Shown piece by piece: positions 40,547-51,300 of a stretch of DNA of 64,000 nt. Below the pieces are notes generated by a model. That model saw only the letters and a program-made list of their open reading frames with translations. It did not search any database and had not been told where the DNA came from. The DNA is taken from NCBI GenBank assembly GCA_963422645.2, contig CAXXVO010000004.1:256001-320000 (forward strand), read 5' to 3'. The position numbers and the translations under genes were made by a program. Each line of letters opens with the position of its first letter. Positions within the stretch are counted from its first letter, which is position 1. Source of the stretch: Alphaproteobacteria bacterium (GTDB taxonomy: Bacteria; Pseudomonadota; Alphaproteobacteria; UBA828).

Positions 40547-42001
40547 ATGACGGCAAAGGGCGAGCTCTGGCGACTGGGCGCGACCGAAGTCGTCGAATTG
40601 CTCCGCCGGCGCGAGGTCTCGCCGCTGGAGCTGGTGGAGGCGAGCACGGAGCGGATCGCGGCGACCGACGGCCACCTCAACGCGATCCCAACGCTCTGCA
40701 TCGAGCGGGCGCGCGCCCATGCCGAGCGGATCATGGCGGACGATTCCGACACCGAGCGCCCGCGCGGCTGGCTCGGCGGCGTGCCGATCGCGGTCAAGGA
40801 TCTGGTGGAGGTCGAAGGCGTGCGCACCACCTGGGGCTCGCCGATCTACGCCGACCATGTGCCGCCGCGCTCGGACATCGCGGTCGAGACCCTGGAGGCG
40901 CGCGGCGCCATCGTCATAGGCAAGTCCAACACGCCCGAGTTCGGTGCCGGCGCCAATACCTTCAACGAGGTTTTCGGCAAGACCCGCAACCCGTGGAACA
41001 CCGACAAGACCTGCGGCGGCTCCTCCGGCGGCTCGTCCACGGCGCTTGCCACCGGCCAGGTCTGGCTCGCGACGGGCTCGGACTTGGGCGGCAGCCTGCG
41101 GATTCCCGCGAGCTTCTGCAGCATCTTCGGCATGCGGCCGAGCCCGGGCCGCGTGGCCCACGGCCCGAAGCACCTTCCCTTCGAGGGGTTGATGGTGGAC
41201 GGCCCCATGGCGCGCAACGCGCGGGACTGTGCGCTCATGCTCGATGCCATGAGCGGCGCTCACCCGGAAGACCCGCTCTCCATCGAAGCGCCTGCGGAGA
41301 GTTTTTCGGAAGCAGTTGCAACGCTGCCGCCGCCGAGCCGGATTGCCTACAGCCCGGACCTGGGCCTGCTACCGGTGGAGCGCGAGGTCGCCGCCGTCTG
41401 CGCCGGCGCCGTGGAGACGCTCGCTGGCGACGGCATGGAGGTCGCGGAGGCGTGCCCGGACCTCTCCGGCGCGCTCGATGTGTTCCAGGTGCTGCGCGCC
41501 GCGCTCTTCGCCGCCGACAAGGGCGAGATGCTGGAGACCCACCGCGGCGCGCTCAAGCCCGAGATCATCTGGAACATCGAGAAGGGACTCGCGCTCGACG
41601 CCGACAGGATCGCGCGGGCCGAGCGCGCGCGTGGCGCCATCTACCAGCGCTGCGTGCGCTTCTTCGCGCGCCACGACGTGCTGGTTTGCCCCTGCGTGAT
41701 CGTGCCGCCCTTCGACGTGGACACGCGCTGGATCGACGAGATCGATGGCCACCGCTTCGACAACTACGTGGATTGGCTGGGCCTCACTTTCGTGCTGACG
41801 CTGACCGCGTGTCCTTCCGCCTCGGTGCCGGTGGGCTTCACGGAATCCGGGCTGCCGGTGGGCCTGCAAATCCTCGGGCCGCCGCGCGGCGAGGCAGCGG
41901 TGCTGCGGGCAGCGGCGGCGATCGAGGAGGCAATCCCGCTCGGGACCGACATCCCCATCGACCCGCGTGGCGCCGACGGCGCCCTACTCCCGCTCGCCTG
42001 A
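40547..42001 (+). CDS. amidase (amidase-signature family)
   Basis: AVKD, GGSSGGS and GSDLGGSLRIPAS. Confidence 0.93.
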   Translation: MTAKGELWRLGATEVVELLRRREVSPLELVEASTERIAATDGHLNAIPTLCIERARAHAERIMADDSDTERPRGWLGGVPIAVKDLVEVEGVRTTWGSPIYADHVPPRSDIAVETLEARGAIVIGKSNTPEFGAGANTFNEVFGKTRNPWNTDKTCGGSSGGSSTALATGQVWLATGSDLGGSLRIPASFCSIFGMRPSPGRVAHGPKHLPFEGLMVDGPMARNARDCALMLDAMSGAHPEDPLSIEAPAESFSEAVATLPPPSRIAYSPDLGLLPVEREVAAVCAGAVETLAGDGMEVAEACPDLSGALDVFQVLRAALFAADKGEMLETHRGALKPEIIWNIEKGLALDADRIARAERARGAIYQRCVRFFARHDVLVCPCVIVPPFDVDTRWIDEIDGHRFDNYVDWLGLTFVLTLTACPSASVPVGFTESGLPVGLQILGPPRGEAAVLRAAAAIEEAIPLGTDIPIDPRGADGALLPLA

Positions 42002-42270
42002 CTCCTCCCTGCGCGCACGCTTCTGCTTTTGGGCCCGCGACCTTGCTTTCGCGCCTTCTGTCCAAAACGGCCAACCCGGACATGAGGGACTCGGTGTTTG
42101 TCGGCGCATGGGTTTGGTGCCGATTGGCGCGCTAACCCTTTGATCTCGCTGGATTGCGAGGGGTCAACAAGGCGCGCTTGGCAACAGGCGAGGAAGACGT
42201 GAGTGGGTCCCAGGCGGTGCCTGGAGCACATGCGAACGGCACAATGACGGGTCTTTGGGGGTTTCCGACA

Positions 42271-43470
42271 ATGCATCGACCTCCCGCAATCGATATCGCC
42301 GACGAGAAAAGGATCCGCGCCTGGCGGGCGGAACGCATCCGGGGGGAACTCCGCCGCCGGGATCTCGGGGCGGTGCTGGTGGTCGATCCGATCAACCTGC
42401 GCTACGCCACCGGCACGCGGAACATGCAGGTCTGGACCATGCACAACATCGTCCGCTACGCACTCGTCTTCGCGCATGAGCCGACGGTGCTGTTCGACCT
42501 GGCCACCGGCCGCCATTTGAGCGCCGGTCTGGAGAGCGTGAGTGAGGTGCGCACGTCGGTCCCCTTCGACTACATGCTGGTCGGGGTCAACGCCGAGACG
42601 ATGGCGCGGCGCTGGGCGCTCCAGATTCACGAGGCGCTGGGTGAGCATGGCTGCGCTGCCGACAAGTTAGCCGTCGACCGCGCCGACACGCTGATGATCC
42701 AGGCGCTGGCAGAACTCGGTACGCGCGTGGTCGACGGAAAGCAGGTTCTGGAGCATGCGAGAGCCATCAAGTCGGCAGAGGAGATCAGGGCGTTCCGGGC
42801 TTCGCTCGCCACCTGCGAGGACAGCGTTCGCTCGCTCCACGCGTTTGCGGTGCCGGGCGTGACGGAGGCGCAAGCCTTCGGTCACCTCGTCGGCCAGAGC
42901 CTTGCGCGGGGCGGCGAGTATCCGGAAACCCGCCTGCTGACCGGGGGTCCGAGGACGAATCCCTGGTTCCAGGAGACATCCGATCGCGTCCTGCAAGCGG
43001 GAGACCTCCTGGCCTTCGACACCGACCTCATCGGACCGATGGGCTTCTACAACGACATATCCCGCAGCTGGGTTATCGGCGAGCGGCGACCGACCCCGGC
43101 GCAGGCAACCCTGCTCGACATCTCCACGGAGCAGCTTGCCCACAACATCGACCTGCTCCGCCCCGGCACGTCATTCGTCGATCTTGCGTCGAAGGCGTTT
43201 CGACTGCCCGACGCCTATCTCGCCAATCGCTACGCCGATCTGGTGCACGGCTGTGGCCTAGGGGTGGAATACCCCTTCGTGCTGTATCCGGAGGACGCGG
43301 ATGACGGGATGTACGACGGCCGTTTCGAGGCGAACATGATCGTGTGTGTGGAGAGCTATGTGGGTGCGCAGGATGGACCGGAGGGAGTCAAGCTGGAGCA
43401 GCCGGTTCTGATCACCGACCGGGGCCCAGAAGTGTTGAGCGTGCTGCCGCTCGATGCGAGCGACTCTTAG
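42271..43470 (+). CDS. M24 (Xaa-Pro peptidase/DddP-like) family protein
   Basis: NLRYATG, ARAIKS, GPRTNPW, FDTD, DISR, HGCGL, VESYVG and VKLEQ; start uncertain. Confidence 0.85.
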   Translation: MHRPPAIDIADEKRIRAWRAERIRGELRRRDLGAVLVVDPINLRYATGTRNMQVWTMHNIVRYALVFAHEPTVLFDLATGRHLSAGLESVSEVRTSVPFDYMLVGVNAETMARRWALQIHEALGEHGCAADKLAVDRADTLMIQALAELGTRVVDGKQVLEHARAIKSAEEIRAFRASLATCEDSVRSLHAFAVPGVTEAQAFGHLVGQSLARGGEYPETRLLTGGPRTNPWFQETSDRVLQAGDLLAFDTDLIGPMGFYNDISRSWVIGERRPTPAQATLLDISTEQLAHNIDLLRPGTSFVDLASKAFRLPDAYLANRYADLVHGCGLGVEYPFVLYPEDADDGMYDGRFEANMIVCVESYVGAQDGPEGVKLEQPVLITDRGPEVLSVLPLDASDS

Positions 43471-43593
43471 AAATCGCGAGTCCAGCCGTCACCGTCTCGA
43501 GCTCTTGTTCAGCGTCGAAGTCTGATCCCTCCGAAACAAGATGAGTCAATGCGTTAGCGCGCCGCTCGGCGTCCGATTTACACGCCGAGATTC

Positions 43594-44634
43594 TTAGTCT
43601 TCGAAAATCTGTACGCGGATCGGGGTCGGTCGGCCTCCGGCAGCCGGGTTGTTGACTTGAGGGCAGTTGGAGACGATTGCGAGGACGTCGCGCTCGGCTC
43701 GCAAATCGACGTGGTCACCGGGCTTGGACGGACCGCCGACGAAGGTCCGCTCTGCCAGACGGCCTCCCTCATAGACCGGCACGGCGCAGAAAAAGTTGAC
43801 GTTGGGCACGATATCCGTCCAGCCCAGGCCGTGCTCCGCCAAGGCGGCCAGGAAATTCTCGCGGCATCCCGGCACGTCTTCCACGCCGTAGAGCATGGCG
43901 GTGGCGTTGGCGCAGTCAAAGCTTCCTTCGACGCCACTCAACGACCCGTCGATGGTGTCGCCGTTTTCGATATACACCACCAAGAAATCTCGACCGGGCG
44001 GAAGAGTCGGCGCCCCGTCGAGCGAAATGTCTTGCGCACGGTTGGTCGCCGTATCCCATTGGTCTGCGGCCCCATCCGTGCTCTGCACATCCGTTGCGAT
44101 ACCGACTTCCAGAGTACCGGCGTTTTCGTAGTCCTTCCTCAGCTCCTCTACGTGCCACTCCGACCCCAGATTATGACCGGTTATCACCTCTCTGGACGTC
44201 GTTACGCCTTCCGGATCGTCACCAATGTAGTATGTACTGACGAACCGACTAGCCTGCATCCAGGGATCGGTTTGCAGAGGCTCTCCGTGCTGAAAAAGCC
44301 CAACATTCAACTGCGGCCCGTTCGCATCGTACGAAATCACCGCTTGTGCGCTTGAACCGTCGCGGTGCGAATGACTCAGGTGCTCCTGATTTCCAGAATC
44401 GTTTGTGCCACGCCGCCACCACCCACTGATGGTGTTGCCGCTGGCATCCTCCGTGGCCCAACTGGCAACCAAGTCGATCCCGCTGGCCACGGCCTGCGGA
44501 TCGGGCTCTGGCGCGGGGATCATTGTTCCGCCCCCAGTCGCCGGGCCGTCGCCGCCCCCGCCACCGCAGCCGTAGAGCCCCAGCCCCAATGCCGCGACTG
44601 CGGCGAGCGGTAGATACGCCTTCCTCTTGATCAT
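43594..44634 (-). CDS. chimeric ORF: lipoprotein N-terminus fused in frame to the C-terminal half of a DUF1989 urea-carboxylase-associated protein
   Basis: Signal peptide and LYGC followed by a Gly run; C-terminus GCRENF...NVNFF...VSNCPQVNNP. Confidence 0.7.
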   Translation of the reverse strand: MIKRKAYLPLAAVAALGLGLYGCGGGGGDGPATGGGTMIPAPEPDPQAVASGIDLVASWATEDASGNTISGWWRRGTNDSGNQEHLSHSHRDGSSAQAVISYDANGPQLNVGLFQHGEPLQTDPWMQASRFVSTYYIGDDPEGVTTSREVITGHNLGSEWHVEELRKDYENAGTLEVGIATDVQSTDGAADQWDTATNRAQDISLDGAPTLPPGRDFLVVYIENGDTIDGSLSGVEGSFDCANATAMLYGVEDVPGCRENFLAALAEHGLGWTDIVPNVNFFCAVPVYEGGRLAERTFVGGPSKPGDHVDLRAERDVLAIVSNCPQVNNPAAGGRPTPIRVQIFED

Positions 44635-45004
44635 GGCTCTTGGTCCTCCCCTTCTTCGCCGGGGTCCCGCTTAGAGGCCTCGGTTGCTCGGACCTGGCCC
44701 CTTGCAGGGCGCGGAGCCTCGGCATCCCGATTCACATGTCCGCTCCGTTCCACCGAACTCCGGCGCTGGAAGAGCGGAGCGGTGCGTTCTCCTTCGCTCA
44801 CGTCGATATACTGTTTACGCATATATATTCTGTTTATACTTGGATGATATGTCAATTAAGTTATTGACCTATCATTATAGATATTCCCGTCGGCGTCTCC
44901 TCCATCCGGTTGTGCGGAGGCGATTGGTGAGGCTGGCCGGCGGCAGGGACGCTCCCTAGAATGGGGGGGCGGAACGTAAGGCGCGGGAACGGCCGGACTG
45001 CCCA

Positions 45005-46075
45005 ATGCCCCAAGCATCGGCCCCAGGAACGGCGACGACGCCTGTGCGGGCGGCGCACCGCTTCGATCAGGCGGGGCTCGCGCGCTATCTGGGCGCGCAT
45101 GTGCCGGAGGCGGTGCCGATCCTGGGGGTGAGCCAGTTCGCGGCGGGGCAGTCGAACCCGACTTATCTGATCGAGGGGCCGGAGCGGCGCTTCGTGCTGC
45201 GCAAGAAGCCGCCGGGGACGCTGCTGCCCTCGGCCCATCTGGTGGAGCGCGAGTACCGCATCCTCGCGGCGCTGGCCGAGACCGACGTGCCCGTGCCGCA
45301 GGTCCACCACCTCTGCGAGGATCCTGAGATCATCGGCACGGCCTTCTACGTGATGGACCATGTGGAGGGCTCGGTCGATCAGGACCCGGCGTGGCCCGCG
45401 CTCGGCACCGAGCGCCGCAGGGCGCTCTATGGCTCGATGGCCGCCGTGCTGGCGCGGCTGCACAGCGCCGATTGGCGGGGGCTGGGCCTCGCCGACTTCG
45501 GCAAGGAGGGGGGAAACTACATCGCGCGCCAGATCCGGCGCTGGAGCGGCCAGTACGAGGCCTCGCGCACCGACGAAATCCCGGAGATGGACCGGCTGCT
45601 CGCCTGGCTCCCCGACCACATCCCCGACGACGACGAGACCACCATCGTCCACGGCGACTACCGGCCGGGCAATCTGATCGTGCACGCGCACGAGCCCCGC
45701 ATCGCGGCGGTGCTGGACTGGGAGCTCAGTACCCTCGGCCACCCGCTGAGCGATCTCGCCCACAACTGCCTCGCCTTCTCGATCCCCCGGGGCACGTCGG
45801 CATTGCCGGGGCTCGGCGGCGCCGACTTCGAGGCGCTGGGGCTGCCGGCGGAGGAGGACTACCGGGACGCCTACTGCGCGCGGGCGGGGCGCGGGCCGAT
45901 CGCCGAGTGGCGCTTCTACATGGCCTTCGCCTTCTTCCGCATGGCAGCGATCTGCCAGGGGGTCTACTCGCGCGGGCTCAAGGGCAACGCCAGCGCGCCC
46001 AACGCGCACGAATACGGCAACCGCGCCCGCGCTCTCGCCGAGCTGGGCTGGGAGAAGGCTTCCGGTAAGGGTTGA
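45005..46075 (+). CDS. APH-like phosphotransferase family protein (ACAD10/11 kinase-like)
   Basis: GQSNPTY, VLRKKPPG, HGDYRPGN and LDWELSTLGHP. Confidence 0.92.
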   Translation: MPQASAPGTATTPVRAAHRFDQAGLARYLGAHVPEAVPILGVSQFAAGQSNPTYLIEGPERRFVLRKKPPGTLLPSAHLVEREYRILAALAETDVPVPQVHHLCEDPEIIGTAFYVMDHVEGSVDQDPAWPALGTERRRALYGSMAAVLARLHSADWRGLGLADFGKEGGNYIARQIRRWSGQYEASRTDEIPEMDRLLAWLPDHIPDDDETTIVHGDYRPGNLIVHAHEPRIAAVLDWELSTLGHPLSDLAHNCLAFSIPRGTSALPGLGGADFEALGLPAEEDYRDAYCARAGRGPIAEWRFYMAFAFFRMAAICQGVYSRGLKGNASAPNAHEYGNRARALAELGWEKASGKG

Positions 46076-46091
46076 GCGGGGAAAGCCCGGA

Positions 46092-47072
46092 TTAGACGCC
46101 GTAGTGCTCGCGGTACCAGGCGACGAAGCGGGGGATGCCCTCGTCGATGGTGGTCTTGGGCGCGTAGCCGTGGTCGCGCTGCAGCGCCGAGATATCCGCC
46201 CAGGTCTCTTCCACGTCGCCGGGCTGCATCGGCGCGTGCTCGATCAGGGCCTTGCGGCCGAGCGCCCGCTCCAGCGCGGCGACGAAGTCGGTCAGGGCCT
46301 CGGGCCTGTTGTTGCCGACGTTGTAGAGGCGGTGGGGCACGCCGCCCCCGGCCGCCGGCGGCGCGTCGAGGACGCTCAGGACTGCCGGCACCACGTCGTC
46401 GACATAGGTGAAGTCGCGCTTCATGCGGCCGTGGTTGAAGAGCGTGATCGGCCGGCCCTCCAGGATCGCCCGAGTAAAGAGGAAATAGGCCATGTCGGGC
46501 CGCCCCCAGGGGCCATAGACCGTGAAGAAGCGGAGCCCGGTCGCCGGCACGGCATGGAGATGCCCGTAGATGTGGCCGATCAGCTCGCCCGCCTTCTTGG
46601 TCGCCGCGTAGAGGGAGACCGGCGTATCGACGCGGGCATCGGTCGAGAAGGGCACCTCTGCGACGCCGCCATAGACCGAGCTCGAGCTGGCGTAGACGAT
46701 GTGCTCCAGCGCAGGCAGTTCGCGGCAGAGCTCCAGGACCACCACCTGGCCCATCACGTTGGCCTGCACGTAGGCGTAGGGATCGACCAGGGAATGGCGC
46801 ACCCCGGCCTGGGCCGCGAGATGGACGATCCGCGTGATCGATTTGCGCTCGGGCGCGACCGCCGCAGCCATGGCCTCGCGCTCGGCGATATCGGCGCGGA
46901 CGAATCCGAAGCCCGCGTGCTCCGCCAACACGGCGCGCCGGACCTGCTTGAGGCGCACATCGTAGTAGTCGTTGAGATTGTCCACGCCGAGGACGCGCTC
47001 GCCCCGCGCAAGCAGCGCCCTGCACACGTGGAATCCGATGAAGCCGGCGGCCCCGGTCACGAGGATCGTCAC
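46092..47072 (-). CDS. NAD-dependent epimerase (UDP-glucuronate 4-epimerase-like)
   Basis: TGAAGFIG, HLAAQAGVR, YAATKK and VYGPWGRPDMA. Confidence 0.93.
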   Translation of the reverse strand: MTILVTGAAGFIGFHVCRALLARGERVLGVDNLNDYYDVRLKQVRRAVLAEHAGFGFVRADIAEREAMAAAVAPERKSITRIVHLAAQAGVRHSLVDPYAYVQANVMGQVVVLELCRELPALEHIVYASSSSVYGGVAEVPFSTDARVDTPVSLYAATKKAGELIGHIYGHLHAVPATGLRFFTVYGPWGRPDMAYFLFTRAILEGRPITLFNHGRMKRDFTYVDDVVPAVLSVLDAPPAAGGGVPHRLYNVGNNRPEALTDFVAALERALGRKALIEHAPMQPGDVEETWADISALQRDHGYAPKTTIDEGIPRFVAWYREHYGV

Positions 47073-47761
47073 CCGGCCGGCGACCCCCGGAATAGACGCT
47101 CGATCGAGGCCGGCAGCTCGGCGAAATCGTCGATCACCGCGTCGGCGCCGAGCTCGCGCGGCGGGATCGGGCTGTACCCATAGGTCGTGACGATCACGGC
47201 GACGCCCGCACCCTTCGAGGAATCGACGTCGGCGGCGCTGTCACCCACCATGACCGCGCGTTCGGGCCGAGCGCCGAGCGCCGCCAGCGCCTCCTGGATG
47301 TGGCCGGGATGGGGCTTAATCCTGGCGACCGTGTCGCCGGCGAGCACCGCGTCGATGTGACGGTCGATGTCGAAGTGCGCGAGCAGGCGGCGGGTCGAAC
47401 GCTCCCCCCTGTTGGTGCAGACGGCGAGCGAGATGCCCGCGTCGCGGAGCCGCTGGATCGTGGCCGCGACAGAGGGGAAGAGCTGCACCCGCTCGGTCTC
47501 GATCTCGAAGTAGTAGGCGATGAGCCGCTCGATCAGGGGCCGGAGCGCCGCATCGTCCGGCCGCTCTGCGCCTTGCGAATCGAGGGCCGCGAGGAGGAGG
47601 CGCTTGGCGCCCGCGCCCGCGCTTTGGCGAAAGCGCTCGAACGCCACCGGCGCGTGGCCGAGTTCCATCAACAGCCGGTTGAGCGCCGCAATGAGATCGG
47701 GCGCAGTGTCGAAGAGCGTCCCGTCGAAGTCGACGAGCACCGCGTCCACATGCTCACGCAT
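47069..47761 (-). CDS. HAD hydrolase, phosphoglycolate phosphatase-like
   Basis: DFDGTLFD, KPHP and VGDSAAD. Confidence 0.88.
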   Translation of the reverse strand: MREHVDAVLVDFDGTLFDTAPDLIAALNRLLMELGHAPVAFERFRQSAGAGAKRLLLAALDSQGAERPDDAALRPLIERLIAYYFEIETERVQLFPSVAATIQRLRDAGISLAVCTNRGERSTRRLLAHFDIDRHIDAVLAGDTVARIKPHPGHIQEALAALGARPERAVMVGDSAADVDSSKGAGVAVIVTTYGYSPIPPRELGADAVIDDFAELPASIERLFRGSPAG

Positions 47762-48096
47762 CGCGCCGATGGTGCGGGAACCCGCGCATGTTGACAAGGC
47801 GTGCTGCTGGAGCCAGCACCCGTGGGCTGACCGCCGGCGCCCAAGACATTCGACACGGCACGTTGTCCGCCCGTCTCCCATCTGCTCCGCCGATCACCCG
47901 GCTTGGCCGTGAAACCGTCTGTGCACTAACATCCAAGTAAGTTCAGCAGATGAAAGCCGGCTAGAATACGAGTCGCCAGGCACCCTGAAGGACCTCGGCC
48001 TCAAGGTCGGCGCCCATGACCGGCACTGGCCGCGGGGTGCCGGGCGACTCGAGCGCTTTGCCCTCGTACAGGACAACGGATGAAGGAGATCATGTC

Positions 48097-49041
48097 GTGA
48101 TTCCGTTGATCGATCTCTCCCGGAGCCAGGACGAAGTGGCGGACGCGCTCGCGGACACGCTGGAGCATGTCGGCTTCTTCATCGTCGTGAACCACGGCGT
48201 ACCAAGGGAGCTTGTCCGGCAAGTATTCGCGGAAGCGGAACGGTTCCAAGCCCAGCCGCAGGCGGCCAAGCACGCTGTGCTGATGAACGAGCACAACAAC
48301 GGCTACGTGGCGATGGCTCGCTACAATGTGCGCACCTCGCGGGTCAGCGAAGCCGCGCTGCCGGACATGAACGAGGCCTTCTTCATCAAGCGCGAGCGCA
48401 GCCAGGACGACCCGCTGGCCGGGCGGCGCTTCGCCGGACCCAATCGCTGGCCGGCGGACCTGCCCGGCTTTCGGGAATCAGTGCTGGACTATTGCGAGAC
48501 CGTGGATCGGCTGGCGGTGAGCGTCCTGCCGGCGCTTTCCCTGTCTCTAGGCCTGCCGGAGGACTGGTTCGCGCCCAAATTCACGCGCAGCCAGTTCACC
48601 TTCCGGCTCTCGCACTACCCGCCCGCGGCGGCCAAGCCGGGACGCTACGGCATCGCGCCGCATACGGACGCTAATTTTCTGACCTTCCTTGCGCAGTCGG
48701 ACGTGCCGGGGCTTCAGATCAGGCGAGAGGGACATGGCTGGGAGGACGTCCCCTTCGTCGAGGACTCCTTTGTCGTCAACACTGGCGACATGCTGCATCG
48801 CTGGACCAACGGGCGCTACAAGTCGACCCCGCACCGCGCGCTGCCACCGGCCGGGCGCCACCGCTACGCGATCCCTTATTTCTTCGGCCCCAATCTCGAC
48901 GCCGAAATCCGCTGCGTGCCGACTTGTACCGGTCCCGACAACCCGCCGCGCTGGCCTCCTATCCTCTACGAAGACCACCTCGCCTGGTGGTACGACGCTA
49001 ACTACAACGCCGCTGAGCAGCAGGATCTCGTCACGGTGTGA
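48097..49041 (+). CDS. 2OG-Fe(II) oxygenase (isopenicillin N synthase-like)
   Basis: PLIDLS, GFFIVVNHG, HTD, HR and RYAIPYF; GTG start after AAGGAG. Confidence 0.9.
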   Translation: MIPLIDLSRSQDEVADALADTLEHVGFFIVVNHGVPRELVRQVFAEAERFQAQPQAAKHAVLMNEHNNGYVAMARYNVRTSRVSEAALPDMNEAFFIKRERSQDDPLAGRRFAGPNRWPADLPGFRESVLDYCETVDRLAVSVLPALSLSLGLPEDWFAPKFTRSQFTFRLSHYPPAAAKPGRYGIAPHTDANFLTFLAQSDVPGLQIRREGHGWEDVPFVEDSFVVNTGDMLHRWTNGRYKSTPHRALPPAGRHRYAIPYFFGPNLDAEIRCVPTCTGPDNPPRWPPILYEDHLAWWYDANYNAAEQQDLVTV

Positions 49042-49287
49042 TCGTCGCGCTCGCCCCTTGGGACCCGCTCGAGGATGGCGATGCCGCGATCGAGCCAGGG
49101 GCTGTGGATTTGGCCAAGCGCGGCGATTCGGTGGTTGACCATATGTGGCCGGGCCTGGTGCAGGACGACCCGACGACCCAGCTACTATGTGTGGAGCACT
49201 ATTGTGCTGCCGCTAACACAGTGCGCTTAGCGGCCTAACTCCAACCGAATACCTTGCGCAACAAGCAGCCCAAGACCCCCAGCCGTC

Positions 49288-49669
49288 TGGACTTGCCCCG
49301 GTTTCGTGGACGGTTATGGATTTGGGCGAGCGGGGGGTAGTTTGCTCCGTTCGTAGTTGACGGGTGACAGGTATCCGATGGCGGAGTGGCGCCGCCGTGG
49401 GTTGTACCATCCCTCGATGAACTCGAAGACGGCCATGCGTGCTTCGGCATGGGAGCGGAACCTCCGGCGGTCGAGCAGCTCGCATTCGAGGGTGGCGAAG
49501 AAGCTCTCGCACATGGCGTTATCGTAGCAATCCCCGACCGATCCGGTCGAGGGGCGCCCGCCGGCGTCCTGGCAGCGCTTGCCGAAGGCGATCGAGGTGT
49601 ACTGCGATCCCTGGTCGGAATGGTGGATCACGCCGTCGGGCCGGCGTTGCCAGAGGGCCATGTCGATGT
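49288..49669 (-). mobile_element. IS3-family 3' fragment, truncated by IS21
   Basis: HHSDQGSQY, YDNAMCESFF and WYNPRRRHS; terminal IR TGGACTTGCCCCGG at 49288. Confidence 0.88.
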
Positions 49670-49785
49670 TGTTAAGCGTGGAAAAGTGACCCCCTATTGG
49701 GGGTGATCGGCGTCCAAAATTGACCCCCTTGGATTTGTGTCCATGAACACACCTCGTCGTTTGGACGGACGGGGTGGTGGGGGAG

Positions 49786-51300
49786 ATGCTGGTTGTGGAA
49801 ACGATCGCGAAGATCCGTCGGGATCATCTGGTGAAGGGCGTTCCGATCAAGAAGCTCGCCCGGGATTTGAGGGTTTCCAAGAACACGATACGCAAGGTGG
49901 TGCGGGGCGATGCGACCTCGCACAGCTACGAGCGCAAGATCCAGCCGATGCCGAAGCTTGGGCTGTGGGTGGAGGAGCTTGAGCGCCAGCTGAAGGCCAA
50001 CGAGAAGAAGGCACGCAAGGATCGGCTGTCTCTTCTGCGGATTCATGAAGACCTTGTGTCGCTGGGCTACAAGGGCGGCTATGACGCGGTTCGCCGCTAT
50101 GCCAGGGCCTGGCGGCGCCGGTGGCGGCTGTTGTCGCCGGCGCAGGCCTATGTGCCGCTGATCTTCGATCCCGGCGAGGCCTACCAGTTCGACTGGAGCC
50201 ACGAGTACGCGCGTCTGTCGGGCGCGACGACCAGGGTGAAGGCGGCGCACATGCGGCTGTGCCACAGCCGGATGTATCTGGTCCAGATCTTTCCCCGCGA
50301 GAGCCAGGAGATGGTCTTCGAGGCGCACGAGCGTGCCTTCCGCTTCTTCGGCGGGGTCTGCCGGCGGGGCATCTACGACAACATGAAGACGGCGGTGAGC
50401 ACGATCTTCGTGGGCAAGAAGCGGGACTACAACCGCCGCTTCCAGGAGCTGTGCTCGCACCATCTGGTGGAGCCTGTGGCGTGCACGCCAGGGGCTGGCT
50501 GGGAGAAGGGGCAGGTCGAGAAGCAGGTGGGTGACCTTCGCGGCCGCCTGTTCGTGCCCATCCCGCGGGGCCGCTCCTACGCCGAGATCAACGAGTGGCT
50601 GATGGATCGGTGCATCGAGGACGCCAAGAAGCATCCGCATCCGACAATCCCGGGCAAGACGGTGTGGCAGGTGTTCGAGGAGGAGCAGCCCTTCCTGATG
50701 GCGTATCGCGGCCCCTTCGACGGCTTCCATGCCAGCGAGGTGTCGGTCTCGAAGACCTGTCTGGTGCGCTTCGACAACAACCAGTACAGCGTCGCGGCCC
50801 GCGCCGTCGGCCGGCCGGTGGACGTGCGGGCCTATGCCGATCGGATCGTCATCCGCCAGGACGGCGAGACCGTTGCCGAGCACCCCCGCAGCTTCGGGCG
50901 CGGCCGGTTCGTCTACGATCCGTGGCATTACGTGCCGATCCTGACGCGGAAGCCCGGCGCGCTACGCAATGGCGCGCCCTTCAAGGACTGGCAGTTGCCC
51001 AACGCGCTCGGCCGCCTGCGAACCCGGCTCGCGGGCCACGACGACGGCGACCGGCAGTTCGTCAAGGTGCTCGCGGCGGTGCTGGAGGACGGACTGGAGG
51101 CGGTTGAGGCGGCCTGTGCCGAGACGCTCGACTGCGGTGCCTGCAGCGCCGACGTGGTGCTCAACATCCTCGCCCGGCAGCGCCAGCCGGCACCGCCGGC
51201 AATCATCCCGACGCCCGAGGGCCTGCAGCTTCGCCACAAGCCGGTAGCCGACTGTCAGCGCTACGACAGCCTGAGGGAGGCCGGTCATGGAGCGTCATGA
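49786..51300 (+). CDS. istA: IS21 transposase IstA
   Basis: [16 protein letters not shown] and EKGQVE. Confidence 0.95.
   Translation: MLVVETIAKIRRDHLVKGVPIKKLARDLRVSKNTIRKVVRGDATSHSYERKIQPMPKLGLWVEELERQLKANEKKARKDRLSLLRIHEDLVSLGYKGGYDAVRRYARAWRRRWRLLSPAQAYVPLIFDPGEAYQFDWSHEYARLSGATTRVKAAHMRLCHSRMYLVQIFPRESQEMVFEAHERAFRFFGGVCRRGIYDNMKTAVSTIFVGKKRDYNRRFQELCSHHLVEPVACTPGAGWEKGQVEKQVGDLRGRLFVPIPRGRSYAEINEWLMDRCIEDAKKHPHPTIPGKTVWQVFEEEQPFLMAYRGPFDGFHASEVSVSKTCLVRFDNNQYSVAARAVGRPVDVRAYADRIVIRQDGETVAEHPRSFGRGRFVYDPWHYVPILTRKPGALRNGAPFKDWQLPNALGRLRTRLAGHDDGDRQFVKVLAAVLEDGLEAVEAACAETLDCGACSADVVLNILARQRQPAPPAIIPTPEGLQLRHKPVADCQRYDSLREAGHGAS

Noticed and set aside
43517-43525. GAAGTCTGA match to the ISX terminus
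   Set aside because: Only 9 bp with no other ISX sequence; likely chance.
47975-48015. GTLKDLGLKVG peptide reminiscent of an IS110 transposase
   Set aside because: Too short and has no supporting motifs or ends.
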